This document shows positions 27,791 through 41,430 of a stretch of 64,000 nt of DNA, piece by piece. Both the position numbers and the translations under genes were made by a program. Source of the DNA: Octopus vulgaris (lineage: Eukaryota); contig OX597829.1 of the NCBI GenBank assembly GCA_951406725.2, positions 41,416,001-41,480,000 of the forward strand. The letters run 5' to 3'. The notes under the pieces were generated by a model. That model worked only from the letters and a program-made list of their open reading frames with translations. It was not told where the DNA came from and did no database searches. The first letter of the stretch is position 1, and each line of letters starts with the position of its first letter.

Positions 27791-29449
27791 CACACACACA
27801 CATACATACATTTACGTGTGTGTGTGTATATAAATATATATATATATATACGCACATGTTTATGTATGCATGCATTATATATATATACACATGCATGCAT
27901 ATATATGTATATGGATGTCTGTATGTATATAAAAAAAACACACATCATATATTAAGCATAAGCTTTTGCAATACATATATATCTATAAAAGGAACACAGA
28001 ATGTGAGTCCTTACATGCACATGTATGTATGATTTTTGTGTATATATTATACACAAATGCATGCCTACATGTATGCATATATGTAATGTATATATTTATG
28101 TGTGTGTATATATATGTATATGTATATATGTGTGTACACACACACACACACACACTCATATATATATACATACACACACACACACACATATATGCATACT
28201 TAGTATGTTTACATTTGCATATAATTATATACATGTGTGTGAATATGCATTTCACATCATTTATGTAACTGATATCAGATGAAAATTTCCTTGCCATCTA
28301 TCCTCTCTTTCCCTCCATTCCACCCTCTCTATTTCACTAATTTCTTTCTCTTTTGACTCTTTGACTCCTCTTCCCACTCTCTTTTTCTCTCTTGCATTTG
28401 CACTCTCTACCTCTTGTACTGGCTCTCTTTCACCCTCTCTTTTCTCCCACTTCCCCCATCTCCTTTTCCTTGTCATTTCGTTTACACAGAGCTCTTAACT
28501 CTGTTTCTAATTTGACAAATTTTATCGGAATATATCATTGGTATTAAGCAGGATTTATAGAATGAAACATGATGACCAAATTCTCAAACATTTAAAACAG
28601 AGAATGAGGAAGTTATAAAAAAAAAAGTAAATAAATAAAAGCAGCACCCCCCCACCAAAAAAACAAAACAAACAGACACCCCCACCTCCACCCCAGAAAC
28701 AAATAAAAAGCTTTTAAAAAAATAAATTTAATCCTAATACACACCCTACCAAAAGAAACTAACTAAATAAGTAAATGAAAATTAAAACAGGGCATGTTAC
28801 TCAAGGGTCCCATGTTACTCCTTCCTCTTCCGTCGACTTGCATTGGGCATGAAGACAGATGTACGACATATCTTATTTAATTACGAGGATTTGTGTGGCA
28901 TTTTTCCATCATTATGTCATTCCAAAGTGAGATAATAATAAAACCTGGAAGTCGCTTGCTCCTTGCAATATCTGCTGCTGCTGGGTTCTATTAAATGGTT
29001 GGACAAGTTTTACACTGGGAAATTTGATAACTTACACAACATCCAAATATAAAATCGCAACATCTTGAAACTACATCCTGAACTTATATACTTCAAAGTG
29101 TAATTGCCAGCTAGTGGGAGTGGATGGGGGTGGGATGGGATGGGATGGGATGGGCTGGGTGGGTGGGTGCTAGACTTAATCTGTTGCCTCGTTTAACACC
29201 ATCACCTGGCTCATGAGTACCTTCACCAGGGTCCAATCTTTTAGCAGAAATTCAGGCCAGGTCTTTGGTCGGGAGGTAACTTCTCTTTCTCCATCAATCA
29301 AATCTTCAGTGTCCTCAACAAGGGTTTATGAGTTTATGAGTACTGCTACTCATCATCTAACACTAAACCCAAACTTACACATACACACACACACACACGT
29401 GTGTGTGTGTGTGTGTGTGTGAGTATGTGTGTGTGTGTATATATATATG

Positions 29450-29678
29450 TTTCTTTATTACCCACAAGGGGCTAAACATAGAGGGGACAAACAAAGACAG
29501 ACAAACGGATTAAGACAATTACATTGACCCCAGTGTGTAACTGGTACTTAACTTATCGACTCCGAAAGGATGAAAGGCAAAGTTGACCTCGGCGGAATTT
29601 GAACTCAGAACGTAGCGACGGGCGAAATACCGCGAAACACTTCGCCCGGCGTGCTAACGTCTCTGCCAGCTAGCCGCC

Positions 29679-29679
<1 letters not shown>
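29450..29679 (-). mobile_element. SINE family B
   Basis: Full-length reverse copy. Confidence 0.9.
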
Positions 29680-29726
<47 letters not shown>

Positions 29727-29820
29727 AGTTCAGCAAAATTTAGATTCAGATGAATATGGTACTTAAGTCGAAGGCACCAGAATTTTGTATGGTATTATCC
29801 ATATAAATCCATGGGATGAT

Positions 29821-29880
29821 TATAATCAAAATAAGCAACAAGTATATCCTTGGATATACTTGTTGCTTATTTTGATTATA
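29821..29880. repeat. Perfect palindrome, 29-bp arms, 2-nt loop
   Basis: TATAATCAAAATAAGCAACAAGTATATCC-TT-GGATATACTTGTTGCTTATTTTGATTATA. Confidence 0.95.
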
Positions 29881-30019
29881 TATACATATATATATGAATG
29901 TTCACCTGTCCTGTCGAAAAGACGCCTGTCTGTGACGTCCTGTTTTTGTTATTATTATTATCATTATTGTTTTTACATATTTTCGTATTCTTATTCGTTC
30001 CCGTCCCTTGTTTTGTATA

Positions 30020-30210
30020 CATTTGAAGCTTTCTTCCAAGGAATCTAATACGCTTGGCTTAGATTTTCCTTTGGGATTGGCCAGGTCGGAGCAATCTCAA
30101 GATTAATCAGCCGAAATTGCGAGAATGATCCGGTTCTTGACTGAAGATTGTGTTTTTTGTATCGTCTTCTAAATGTTTTGCGTTCTTGTCCCAGTTTGTA
30201 TTTTTTTACA
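30020..30210 (+). repeat. Dispersed repeat family E (also 50385-50590 on + and 55600-55790 on -)
   Basis: Shared AATCTCAAGATTAATCAGCCGAAATTGC...CTTGACTGAAGA...GTATCGTC...GTTCTTGTCCC. Confidence 0.8.
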
Positions 30211-30218
30211 CATATATA

Positions 30219-30235
<17 letters not shown>

Positions 30236-30250
<15 letters not shown>

Positions 30251-30510
30251 GAAATTAATTGTATACAGTGCTCAGGTGCACCACAACTTGCCAGAAAGTG
30301 CATATAAAGTACATGCAGTAATGTAGAAATGTCTGGAAAGCGAACAATGTATGAGTCAGATACATGCTTGGAGTGGGGAAAATCAGGTGTAGTGTTGGCG
30401 AATCTCAGGAAGCATGGAAGTTTTGAAGGATGCAGTGCTCCGACAACTAACAACTGATGCCGGCAGTTTGTTCCATGCTTCAGCAACTCTCAGCGTGAAA
30501 AAATGTTTCC
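30236..30510 (-). mobile_element. CR1-clade LINE 3' end
   Basis: KHFFTLRVAEAWNKLPASVVSCRSTASFK (FFxxRV..WN.LP..VV) followed by a 3' UTR and (ATT)n tail. Confidence 0.8.
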
Positions 30511-30837
30511 TGAAATGTATATGTACATAAATATATATATATTTATACACACACACACATATAGTTCAAATTTATAGAAAAACAAAAGACAAAGATAGAT
30601 GTAGGAACAACAAGCAAGAGTATTAGTTTGACGTTCAGGGAAAATGGAAAGTCTTTTATGTTTCAAGCCTACACTCGTCAACAGGAAGGAATAAGAGGAA
30701 ATAAATAAAGAATGAGAAAGAAAACGAGTAGACTTCGGTACATATACGTATGTATGTATATATGTATGTATGTATGTATGTATGCATGCATGTATGTATG
30801 TGTGTATGTATGTATATGTGTATGTATGTATATGTAT

Positions 30838-31025
30838 ATCATCATCATCGTTTAACGTCCGTTTTCCGCGCTAGCACGGGTTGGACGGTTCGACCGAGGT
30901 CTGGGAAGCCAGGGGCTGCACCAGGCTCCAGTCTGATCTGGCAGTGTTTCTACAGCTTGATGCCCTTCCTAACACCAACCACTCTGCGAGTGTAGTGGGT
31001 GCTTTTTACGTGCCACCGGCATGGT
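30838..31025 (-). mobile_element. RTE 3' UTR fragment (family C)
   Basis: One module plus terminal region, (GAT)n tail. Confidence 0.85.
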
Positions 31026-31483
31026 ACATATATATATATATATCATCATCATCATCATCATTGTCTAATGTCTGCCTTCTATGCTAGCATGGGTGGGATT
31101 GTTTCAAAGGAGCTGGCCAGGCAGAAGCCTGCACCAGACTTCTGTGACTGTTTTGGCAGGATTTCTATAGCTGGATGCCCTTCCTAACACCAACCACTCA
31201 GCAGAGTGGACCTAGCATTTTTTATGTGGCACGAGCACAGGCGAGGTCAGTTTTGGCAAAGTTTCCACAGCTGGGTGCCCTTACTAACACCAACCACTTT
31301 ACAGTGTGGTCTGGGTGCTTTTAAGTGGCACCTGCACTGACAGAGTCAGCAAGTACTTGCAAGAGAAGAAAAACCATTTTCAAGTAGGGAGGAAGGTGAT
31401 CTTGTGTTGGATGATGAAAGTTTATAGTGAGACAGAGAGACAGAAACAGGTGTCTTGCTGTAGAGGAGGTACAAGGTTACTCA

Positions 31484-31539
<56 letters not shown>

Positions 31540-32172
31540 AGGAATGAAGACAGAAACAGGTGCGCAAAGGAAATACATGGTTACCCAACCTGAGGGAAGT
31601 GCAGGAGAAGGAAAGAGAGAAAGAGTGGGAGACAGCAGGATAGAGATAGTGGCATATTCATCAGGAATTGGAATCGGAATATAAATAGAATGGCTGAGTA
31701 AAGGAAAAGAGAGATACAGCTGGTGGAAAGTGCCAGGCCATACTCTTGAGGTTCCAATGCCATAATATAAGTGACAGGATATTGTGAAGGAAGTGTGATT
31801 AAAGATTACAGAGGTGGTGGGAGTGAGTGGTGAAAACATGGGTATATATAGAGTTAAGAGGCTACTGGATAGCAATGATACAGAGGATGAATGCTGTGAG
31901 GACAGGATTGGGGAGTGAGTGCTAGGCATAGTGTATGAAGGAGGAAATGTGAGGAAGAAAAGAGATGTAGACTGATTTGTTGGGGGTAGGGTGAATGAAA
32001 AGTTTTCTTGTTACATGTGGGTAGAACACACAGGTTGGGTACTAGCGGAGAGCACTGATACAGTGGGACAGGGCCAAGGGGGCAGGATTGGTGAGTGGGA
32101 GGTGTATATATATACATATATGTGTGTGTGTGTGTGTGGTTCAAAATTGTACAAAATCGAAAAACAAAAGAG

Positions 32173-32238
<66 letters not shown>

Positions 32239-32399
32239 TGAAGGAATAACAAACAAGGTGTATTAGTTTGTGTGTGTGTTCTCAGTTTTTTTCAACATCT
32301 TTGGTTCTGACTCTGTTGTCATAGGGAATTTTACTTTATTTTACTTTAATAATAATTATTTTTATAATTCTATTTTACTTTAATAATAATAATTATTAT

Positions 32400-33175
32400 T
32401 TTACTTCTCACAGCTCTCAGTGTTACTTGCTCTGGTTGATTCTGTGAGAGCAGAGAGCAACCTGTTGTCAGAGATCTTACATGGTCTCTTCGTGCAAATT
32501 ATAAGCTTTGGTATCTGAATGTTAACTTATCATGGAAGACACTCAACACCCAAGCACCAATCTCAAAATCCTAGCTGTCCCCAAAAGAGCAATATATTGG
32601 GGCCTGTTCTGTCCTCATGTCAATTCCGATTTCTCTGACATATTTCTTGAACATGGTTGTTAGTGTTCCGAGTACTCCTACAACTACTGGGATAACAGTT
32701 ACTCTCATTGCCCACATTCTTGCAATTTCGTCCTTTAGTAGTCTGTATCTCTCCATCTTTTCAAGTTCTTTGTCATCTATGTGTGCATCTCCAGGTATGG
32801 CAATATGTATGATCTTGGTTTCCTTTTTTCTTTTATCCACCTGAACAATGTCTGGTCTCCAAACATTAATTAGAGAGTCATATTGAATTAGAAAATCCCG
32901 CAGTATCTTGTATTCATTGTTCTCAGTAACTTCTTCTAGTTTGTGATTGTACCATTTCTGTGCTGTGTCCAGACCGTACTTTTCACATAGTCTCCAGTGA
33001 AAAAACATAGCCATGTTATCATGCCTCCTTTTGTAATGCTTTCGGTCCAGCTTACTACACTCATTTACAATATGTTTCATTTCTAATGCCACACATCCTA
33101 CAAAAGGGCGATTCATTGCTCTTATCTATTTGGAACTTGGTGTAATTAGTTCTCAAGGCTTGTTCCTGAATATCA
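32400..33175 (-). mobile_element. R4/Dong-clade non-LTR retrotransposon C-terminus (restriction-like endonuclease)
   Basis: QEQALRTN, HIVNECSKL...YKRRHD, W.H...V.EN...KIL.DF, RPDIV..DK, E.EK..RY..L..EI..MW, IPVVVGVLG; 3' side abuts TAA/ATT-rich repeats. Confidence 0.88.
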
Positions 33176-33249
33176 GTGCCTCAGTACATCTTTATTACAA
33201 TTATTTTTATGCTAGTGTACGTTTATTTAATTTTCAGGAATGCTATCTT

Positions 33250-33480
33250 ATGGTTTGGTGACGACAAGTCTCCTCAAATCTCAAGAATCTTTCTTAAGAT
33301 TCTTGCAGAATATATGTTACTTTTCTGCTGGTTGACAACACAAGTTTCAAATCTAATTTCTTTCAGTCTTTTCGCATTTTGGATGTTGTGCCAAGTGCAC
33401 CTCTTACTAAGGGAATAATTGTTGGTCTTCCACAATCTCCTCAGTTTTCTATCCAGATCCTGGTATTTTTGTTGCTGTAA
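33250..33480 (-). mobile_element. Second, more decayed R4/Dong-like C-terminal fragment
   Basis: QKYQDLDRKLRRLWK...IIPLVRGALG on the minus strand. Confidence 0.55.
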
Positions 33481-33984
33481 TCCTTTTTCTAATTCTTTAT
33501 TCTTTTAAATATTATATTTTTAATTATTTGTTTATTCATTTTTATTCCTTTTATTCATCTGTTTTCTTTGAAGTCATTCATTCCTGATTTTCAGTCAATT
33601 ACAACAGCAAAAAAGTCTGTAATAGGAGAAAAAAGTGGGAAAGGGCAGATGAATTACAACCACCAGCTAATTTAACTGATTGACTATGAGCATCAAGCAA
33701 TGAAAACCAAAATGATTGATCTATACAAATAATAAAAATTTTTTTATTAAAACACTGAAGTTTATATATTCTGGTACACAGCCTTGCCTCAAACCAGTTT
33801 TAATGGAACATCAACGACAAAGTTGCACTTGAATAACTAATGTGTACTTTCCATGCTGTTATTGTTACACACACACACACACACACATAACATACATATA
33901 TGTACATACATACATATGTACATGCATGCATACATACATACAATATATATAGATATATGTGTGTGTGTGTGTGTGTGTGTGTAA

Positions 33985-34112
33985 AAGGCTCAAAGGTCCT
34001 TCCTGAGCTTCCTGGTTCATAAGGCTGGTTTGTGGTATATATTTTTCGCCACCTGGACAGGATGCCAGTGTGTCATAGGGTAACTCATTTTGGCCAGCTG
34101 AGCAGACTGGAG
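33985..34112 (-). mobile_element. Old SINE remnant, possibly V-domain type
   Basis: CTGGCATCCTGTCCAGGTGG resembles the V-SINE core ACTGGCATCCCATCCAGGGGG (from memory). Confidence 0.3.
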
Positions 34113-34198
34113 GGAGGCCTGGGCCAGGAATTGAAAAGAAAATCTTATGATCAACACACCAAACACTAAAGTATGCACCTATGCGCACGCACACACAT

Positions 34199-34276
<78 letters not shown>

Positions 34277-34687
34277 ATACATACACTCAGACACACACAT
34301 ACATACACAGACACAAACACACATGCACATGCACACACACACTAACACACACATGAACATGCACACATGCATATACACACACAAACATACACACACATAC
34401 ACTGATACACACACACACACACACACACACTGATACATACACTCAGACACACACACACGTACACAGACACAAACACACATGCACATGCACACACACACTA
34501 ACACACATGAACGCACACACACATGCACACATGCATATACACACACTCACACACACACACTGATACACACACACACACACTGATGCATACACTCAGACAC
34601 ACACATACATACACAGACACAAACACACATGCACATGCACACACACACACTAACACACACATGAACGCACACACACATGCACACATG

Positions 34688-34725
<38 letters not shown>

Positions 34726-34727
<2 letters not shown>

Positions 34728-35598
34728 GGGTGTGGTGAATAAATTGTCATCTAAATTATGCAAAAATGAAAATAAAACTGACATCTCATTTTAACAGATA
34801 TATTTACCAAAATTATATAAAAATATCCTGAAATATTAAAGAATGAATTCATACAACAGAATCGCCATTGGCTTCAACCACAACCTCCAGACAACTTTGG
34901 AATCTCTTGCGATTCTTCTGGATGATCTCTTTGTTTAAGATGGTTAACGATACCATAATCCTTGCCTTCAGTTTATCTTTGGTGTTACAAAAAGTTTTGT
35001 AGGTATCTCATTCAACTGTGCCTCACACATAATAATCAAGGGGACGGCAGTCTGGGGAGTTAGGTAAGCAGATTTTGGGGTTGATGTGGTTGCAGAAATT
35101 GCCTGACAACCATGACTGGGCTCTCCTGCATGTGTGGCATGGTACAGAGTCCTGTTGCCAGACATAGGGATCTTCCAGCAGCCACCCTCTTCACCCAGGC
35201 CAGTTAACTTATCAGTTAACATCCACCTCTAGGCACTTGGTGTAGACCTCTGTGTTGAGTCTGAGGCCATGTAAGAAGATGAATGGAGGCATAACATCGC
35301 CATCATTAGTGATCACTCCAAACACCATGATATTGACTGGATGTTTGATTTTTATCACTCTTGGTACATGTCCCAAGCTTGACACCCAAACACTCTGAAA
35401 TGTTTGCATTGGAGGTTCCAGTGCAAATGCTAAGCAGTACAGCATGTTGTTTCCAAATCTCTGGCAGAATGAATTGCACCATGATGTTGTTTTTCTCACA
35501 GACGGTGCCCAACTGAGCCTACTATACTATGTAGTTAACAAAATCAAAAACAATGTGCAAGCACGAAATCAAAAGTATTAAATGGCAACAATTTACCC
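34726..35598 (-). mobile_element. Internally deleted Tc1/mariner-superfamily transposon (DD37D/maT-like)
   Basis: TA|CAGGGTGT terminus; KHPVNIMVFGVITNDGDVMPPFIF..GL.LN..VY...LE transposase fragment. Confidence 0.7.
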
Positions 35599-35609
35599 TA
35601 TATATAGTT

Positions 35610-35800
35610 AATCCAAACAAGAAAACAAGAAAACACAGAAAAAAACACAGCAACGCGAGGACGTGGAACAATTAAAGTATCATTTGATGCTCAGGAAAGA
35701 AGGGAAGGAGGGTTTAACGTTTTGAGCGGAGCTCTTCGTCGGAAACAAAGGAGAAGGAAAGATCCCGAGAAGGGAAGACAGAGGAAAAAAATTTTTTTGC
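35610..35800 (-). mobile_element. Penelope-pLTR-like non-autonomous repeat with hammerhead-like motif
   Basis: Reverse copy of 56170-56360. Confidence 0.6.
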
Positions 35801-36173
35801 TGGTGGTGCTCAATATATATATATAAATTTAAAAGAAGAAAATGGAGATTGAAAACTCTTTTACTTGTTTCAGTCACTTGACTGTGGCCATGCTGGGGCA
35901 CCGCCCTTTAATAATTGTTTATTATTAACAGAAAATTTATCATCTTCACTTACAGAAATGGCTGTAAGTGAAGATGGCCAATTTGCTGTTAATAATCAAC
36001 AATTATTAACTTCTCAATCTCCATTTTCTTCTTTTAAATGAATATAAACTATATGTTTTTATATATACCTATTATTTTTAGGAAATTTATTCCCCCAAAA
36101 TACAATGTATTGAACCAGTATATCCTTGGACGAAACCATCTCTTCATGAGGTTAACACACCCTATGATTAAAT

Positions 36174-36213
<40 letters not shown>

Positions 36214-36524
36214 CAAGGCTGCGGTCTTCGGGCTAAAACATTTTTAAGGATTTTAAGGTTTTATATATATAAAATATAAATATAAATATATATATATATA
36301 TAATAAAAATATAAATATAAAATATAAACGTGTATGTATATATATATATATCTATACACATAGTATATACTTATACACATACTATATATATAAATATATA
36401 TGTGTATATGTATATATATACACACACACATATATGTCCATACATACACACACACATATATATACATACGTCCATACACACATACACACACACACACACA
36501 TATACATATATATATATGTATATG

Positions 36525-36572
<48 letters not shown>

Positions 36573-36576
36573 AACT

Positions 36577-37957
36577 AATCATGTTCCTTGAAGAAAATGA
36601 CTTGCTGACTGACACCCAGCATGGGTTTCGACCAGGTCGAAGCTGCCTAACACAGCTCCTGCAACACTATGACTGGGTGTTAAAACAGCTACTAAATGGC
36701 TCAAATGTGGATGTGATATATCTCGACTTTGCAAAAGCCTTTGATAAAGTCGATCATGGTATGATTTGTCACAAACTGAGTGGTCTCGGCATAGGCGGAA
36801 AACTATCCTGAAAGATAGAAGACAGGCAGTTGTGACCAATGGAGCCACCTCCAAGGAAACACAAATAACAAGCGGTGTTCCACAGGGCACTGTCTTGGGG
36901 CCAATGCTGTTCATAGTGGCCCTTTCAGACATGCCCTCAGTTGCTAAGATGGCCACCCTTGCTAGCTATGCAGATGACACAAAAGTCTCCCACACAATAC
37001 AAAACCCTGGAAATATTGCACATCTGCAACAGGAGTTGGATACAATATACAGGTGGGCTGAGGACAACAACATGCAGTTTAATGCAGGTAAGTTCCAGGC
37101 CCTGCACTACCTGCACGCAAAGGTAAACGACATGCAGACTGGATAACCTGGCCCGAGAAGAATTGCAATCTCTGGGTCAAAATCAGTGCATGACCTGGGC
37201 ATTGACATGAGCAATGATGCATCTTTCCAAGTGCATATTACTAATCTGGTGATAAAATGCAGACGGCTAGCTGAATGGATTCTCCAAACTTTCAGAACAA
37301 GAGAGAAGGAGACACTGATGGTCCTGTGGAAAACTTTCATCCTCAGCCGCTTGGACTACTGCTCCCAACTATGGTCACCACACAATATAAAACTAACAGC
37401 AGAACTCGAAGCAATTCAAAGAAGCTACACAAAGAAGATTGTCTCAATGCAACATATCAGCTACTGGGAAAGACTGAAAGTATTAAACCTCTTCTCCCTA
37501 GAGCGAAGGCGGGAGAGACATGCGGTGATATACATCTGGAAAATCCTGGAGGATCTTGTCCCAAACTTTGGCATTCAAAGTTACCCCAACCGCAGAACGG
37601 GGCACCACTGCATGGTGCCAAAGATTCCAACATCACCATCAAAATACAGGACCAGATACTGCAACAGCTTGGGTTTCAGAGGACCACAGCTCTTTAACAT
37701 CCTTCCTAAATGCCTGAGGGACTTGCATGGTGTGGATGTGGGTTTCTTTAAAACTAAACTGGATCTCTTCTTGTCGGGGGTCCCAGATGAACCTACCTCA
37801 CGACAGGAGACACAGATGTGGGCAGCGGCATCAAACTCCCTTGTTGACCAAGTGCCACGTATCAGAGGTGAATTCACATATTAGTGTAGCTCATTCAGCG
37901 GTGGTGCCCCAGCATGGCCGCGGTGTTCGGGCTAAAACATTTTTAAGGATTTGAGGA
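36577..37957 (+). mobile_element. 5'-truncated CR1-clade LINE with RT domain and 3' UTR
   Basis: QHGFRPGRSC.TQLL, YLDFAKAFDKV.H, SGVPQGTVLGP.LF, YADDT, RLDYCSQLWSP, SLERRRER; stop at 37884; tail repeats TTT(A/G)AGGA. A tail-only copy lies at ~36213-36260. Confidence 0.93.
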
Positions 37958-37961
37958 TATA

Positions 37962-38015
<54 letters not shown>

Positions 38016-38016
<1 letters not shown>

Positions 38017-38821
38017 TAGCAACATAGCCCGGCATTGCCCGTGTATGTAAGAGCCCCTAGTAGGCAACGACTAATCCCAATCTAGTCCTTTCCCTCTAGG
38101 GGACGAAGGCGCATGTGTAGGTTGCAATGTCTTCTCTTCACTCCCAAATAACTATCAAACAGCTATCGATAATTCAACCCAACCAATTCCTACCAGGAAG
38201 AAATTACATTCGAGACTTTACCCCCAACAATGCCACTTCTGCTAATAGCTGCTGCAGCCGCAAGTTATTCAAATCCTTTTTTTGTTTACACTTTCTTTAT
38301 AACTACCACCCCAAACGTTTTACCTTAAATTTTTGACGTACCCTAAGGGTTCTCAGATGCTACTTGCAAACTCTTGGTTTAATATAAACCGCTTTTGTCG
38401 TGTGCACCAAAAAACCTTTTCCATTCGTTTGTTCAGTTTGGTCACTTTTGACTTTTTCGTTGTTGTCACTCACATTGCTGCCTGCTTTTTTGCCGTTTTT
38501 GTACATTTTTATACATTTTGGGATACTTACTCCACGTGTTCCGAGAGTTAAAAAGGTCGAGTTGCGTCCCCTAGACAGTCTGTAGAAAATGTGTTGCATA
38601 TGAAAAGCTTAGATTCTAGACCCATGTCGAATTTATCGATTTTTTTTCAGAACTGGGGGAACTTTTCAAAATTTTCGCTGCATAAGTTTTGAATTATGAC
38701 ATTGTGCTATCTGTGTGTCAAGTTTCATCAGAATCGGTTGAAAGCCGTGGTCAGGGTGAGGGTACAACCTGACAGACACACAGACACACAGACAGACAAA
38801 CTGCATTTATATATAGAGAGA
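38016..38821 (-). mobile_element. Non-autonomous Helitron (long form)
   Basis: 5' TC(TC)TATATATAAA, 3' GC-rich hairpin then CTAG; inserted at A|T without TSD. Confidence 0.85.
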
Positions 38822-39220
38822 TATATTTATATATATATATGTTGTTAGACACTCTTTGTAACTCTGACCCAGGTGTTAAAGACAGCATTTGGTGAGAATT
38901 ACTGTTCTGTCAGTAGGAACGGTAAGATTTAGTTGCAGGATGAAGTACAGAAAAAAAAAAATTTAAATAAAAATTAAGATAAAGGAATTTCATAAACATT
39001 TACTAAATTAAGCAGTGAAAATGTCAAAACGGGCTGTAAATGTATTGAAAACAATTGGAATAGTCTTGGGAAAAATAACCTAAAACAGCAGATACTGGAG
39101 ATAAATTTCAGGTGCTGTCTGAAGAGGAATTTCAAGTAACCTTGTTTTTGTTTTCTGTTTCCTCTCCCAGGTGTCACTTGTGTATGTATACGTGTGTGTG
39201 TGTGTGTGCATGTATATATG

Positions 39221-39280
<60 letters not shown>

Positions 39281-39395
39281 ATTGTGTATGTATGCATGTG
39301 TGTGTGTATGTATATGTGTGTGTGAATGTGAATATGTATTTATATATGCTTGTTTGTATGTGCATGTATGTATTTGTGTATGTATGTGTGCATGT

Positions 39396-39630
39396 ATCAT
39401 CATCATCATCATCGTCGTTTAACATCTGCTTTCCATGCTAGCATGGGTTGGACGATTTTGACTGAGGGCTGGCGAACCAGACGGCCACACCAGGCTCCAA
39501 TCTTGATCTGGCAGAGTTTCTACAGTTGGATGCTCTTCCTAATGCCAACCACTCTGAGAGTGTAGTGGGTGCTTTTACGTGCCACCGGCATGGGGGCCAG
39601 TCAGGCGGTACTGGCAATGACCTCACTTGA
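39396..39630 (-). mobile_element. RTE 3' UTR fragment (family C)
   Basis: One hairpin+pseudoknot module plus terminal region. Confidence 0.85.
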
Positions 39631-40327
39631 ATCTTTTTACATACATATATTATATGCAAATACTATATACATAACTGTGTATGTGGGTATGCATGAACAG
39701 ATGGATGAATGATTGTATGCATGTATGGATGAATGTAGCTATGTATGTATGTATGGATGTATATATGTATGCATATATGTATATATATATATGTGTGTGT
39801 GTTTATGTATATATGTATATGTGTATACACATGCATCCATGCATATATGTAAGTATATATGCATGTATGACTGTATGTGCATGAATACATGCAAGTGTGT
39901 ATGCATGTGTGTCTATTTGTGTATGTATGCATCTATGAGTCTATGTATGTACGCACGTATGTGTGTGTGTATGTCTTTACAAGTTATAATTTATTGAAGA
40001 ATTGAGCTGGTTTCTTGGAAAGGAACAGAAACTTCATCACTGGTATTTGGAAGACTAATATTGTAATTGTTACATATTGAAGTAAACATATCTAATTGGT
40101 CCTTCGTTTGATCAACTAAAATACCATAGAAAAGGAGGAATTAAGTGCCATTCTATTCTTTCGAAATCCAGAGATCTTCTACCAAAACTTAGCATACATT
40201 GGAATAATGATATTAAATTTCATACTGAATGGTTTATAATAAGTAGTGCCCTGCCTTATAATGCAGGGAATGCTTAGTGTAATTTATGCCTTGAGGAATG
40301 AGGTAGATCCTTAAATTTTACCCTCAT

Positions 40328-40730
40328 TCTCTTTTACTCTTTTACTTGTTTCAATCATTTGACTGCGGCCATGCTGGAGCACCGCCTTTAATCGAGCAAC
40401 TCGACCCCGGGACTTATTCTTTGTAAGCCCAGTACTTATTCTATCAGTCTCTTTTGCCAAACCGCTAAGTTACGGGGACATAAACACACCAGCATCGGTT
40501 GTCAAGCAATGCTAGAGGGACAAACACAGATGCACAAACATACACACACACACACATATATATATATACATATATACGACAGGCTTCTTTCAGTTTCCGT
40601 CTACCAAATCAACTCACAAGGCTTTGGTCGGCCCGAGGCTATAGTAGAAGACATTTGCCCAAGGTGCCATGCAGTGGGACTGAACCCGGAACCATGTGGT
40701 TGGTAAACAAGCTACTTACCACACAGCCAC
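40328..40730 (-). mobile_element. SINE family A
   Basis: Near-complete reverse copy. Confidence 0.9.
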
Positions 40731-41049
40731 ATGTTATGTAGTTCACATTTATTTAGAAGAACTTTCCAAGCTTCCCTATATAAATATACTACTAATTAAT
40801 GACTCCACTTATCTTTTACTTGTTACAGTCATTAGACTGTAGCCATGCTGGGGCATCGCCAGGAAGAATTATTAGTTGAATGTATCGACCCCAGTACTTA
40901 TTTTTTTGAAGTTTGGTACTGTTTCTATTACTCTCTTTTGCCAAACTGCTAAGTTACATGGATGTAAACTCACCAGCACTGGTTTCCAAGTGGAGGTGAG
41001 AACAAACACAGACACAAAGAGACACACACATACATACATACATACATAT

Positions 41050-41430
41050 GGTGGCTGCCTCCTCGTTATCGAGTATGGCCATTGCACGAAGCTTAATCAA
41101 TGTTGTCATCGTGCAATGCCTGTGCGAGAAGATTTTTTTAATGTGAGGAAAGGCTGAGCACTGAGTCAATCCCACTCGCTAAGCAACAGCAGCCATAATC
41201 CGAAAAGAAGAACAAGTCAACATCATTGGTAACCACTGAGCCGCAGGTTTTATGTCGGAGTTATCCCAGTTACCTGAGTTAACTTCTCCTAGAAGGATGC
41301 CCTAACAAAGGCTAGGAGTCCTTCACTCCCAATGGTTTAACCGCGCGATTGGGTATTCAGTCCGATTATTTCTATGTCCCCATGCATGATACAACCTTAA
41401 GACATCTCAAGAGTTCCTCCACCCTTTATA
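41050..41430 (-). mobile_element. Probable non-autonomous RTE-related element
   Basis: 3' stem-loop CTCG-ATAA-CGAG and a CTTCTCCTAGA...CC.AAGGCT segment resembling RTE UTRs (from memory). Confidence 0.35.

Noticed and set aside
29180-29330. Possible small minus-strand exon (LVEDTEDLIDGERE...WTLVK|GT)
   Set aside because: No recognisable homology and no convincing acceptor.
41050-41090. HDV-like ribozyme suggested by CCTCCTCG
   Set aside because: Flanks do not form P3/P1; better explained as the reverse complement of an RTE-type 3' stem-loop.
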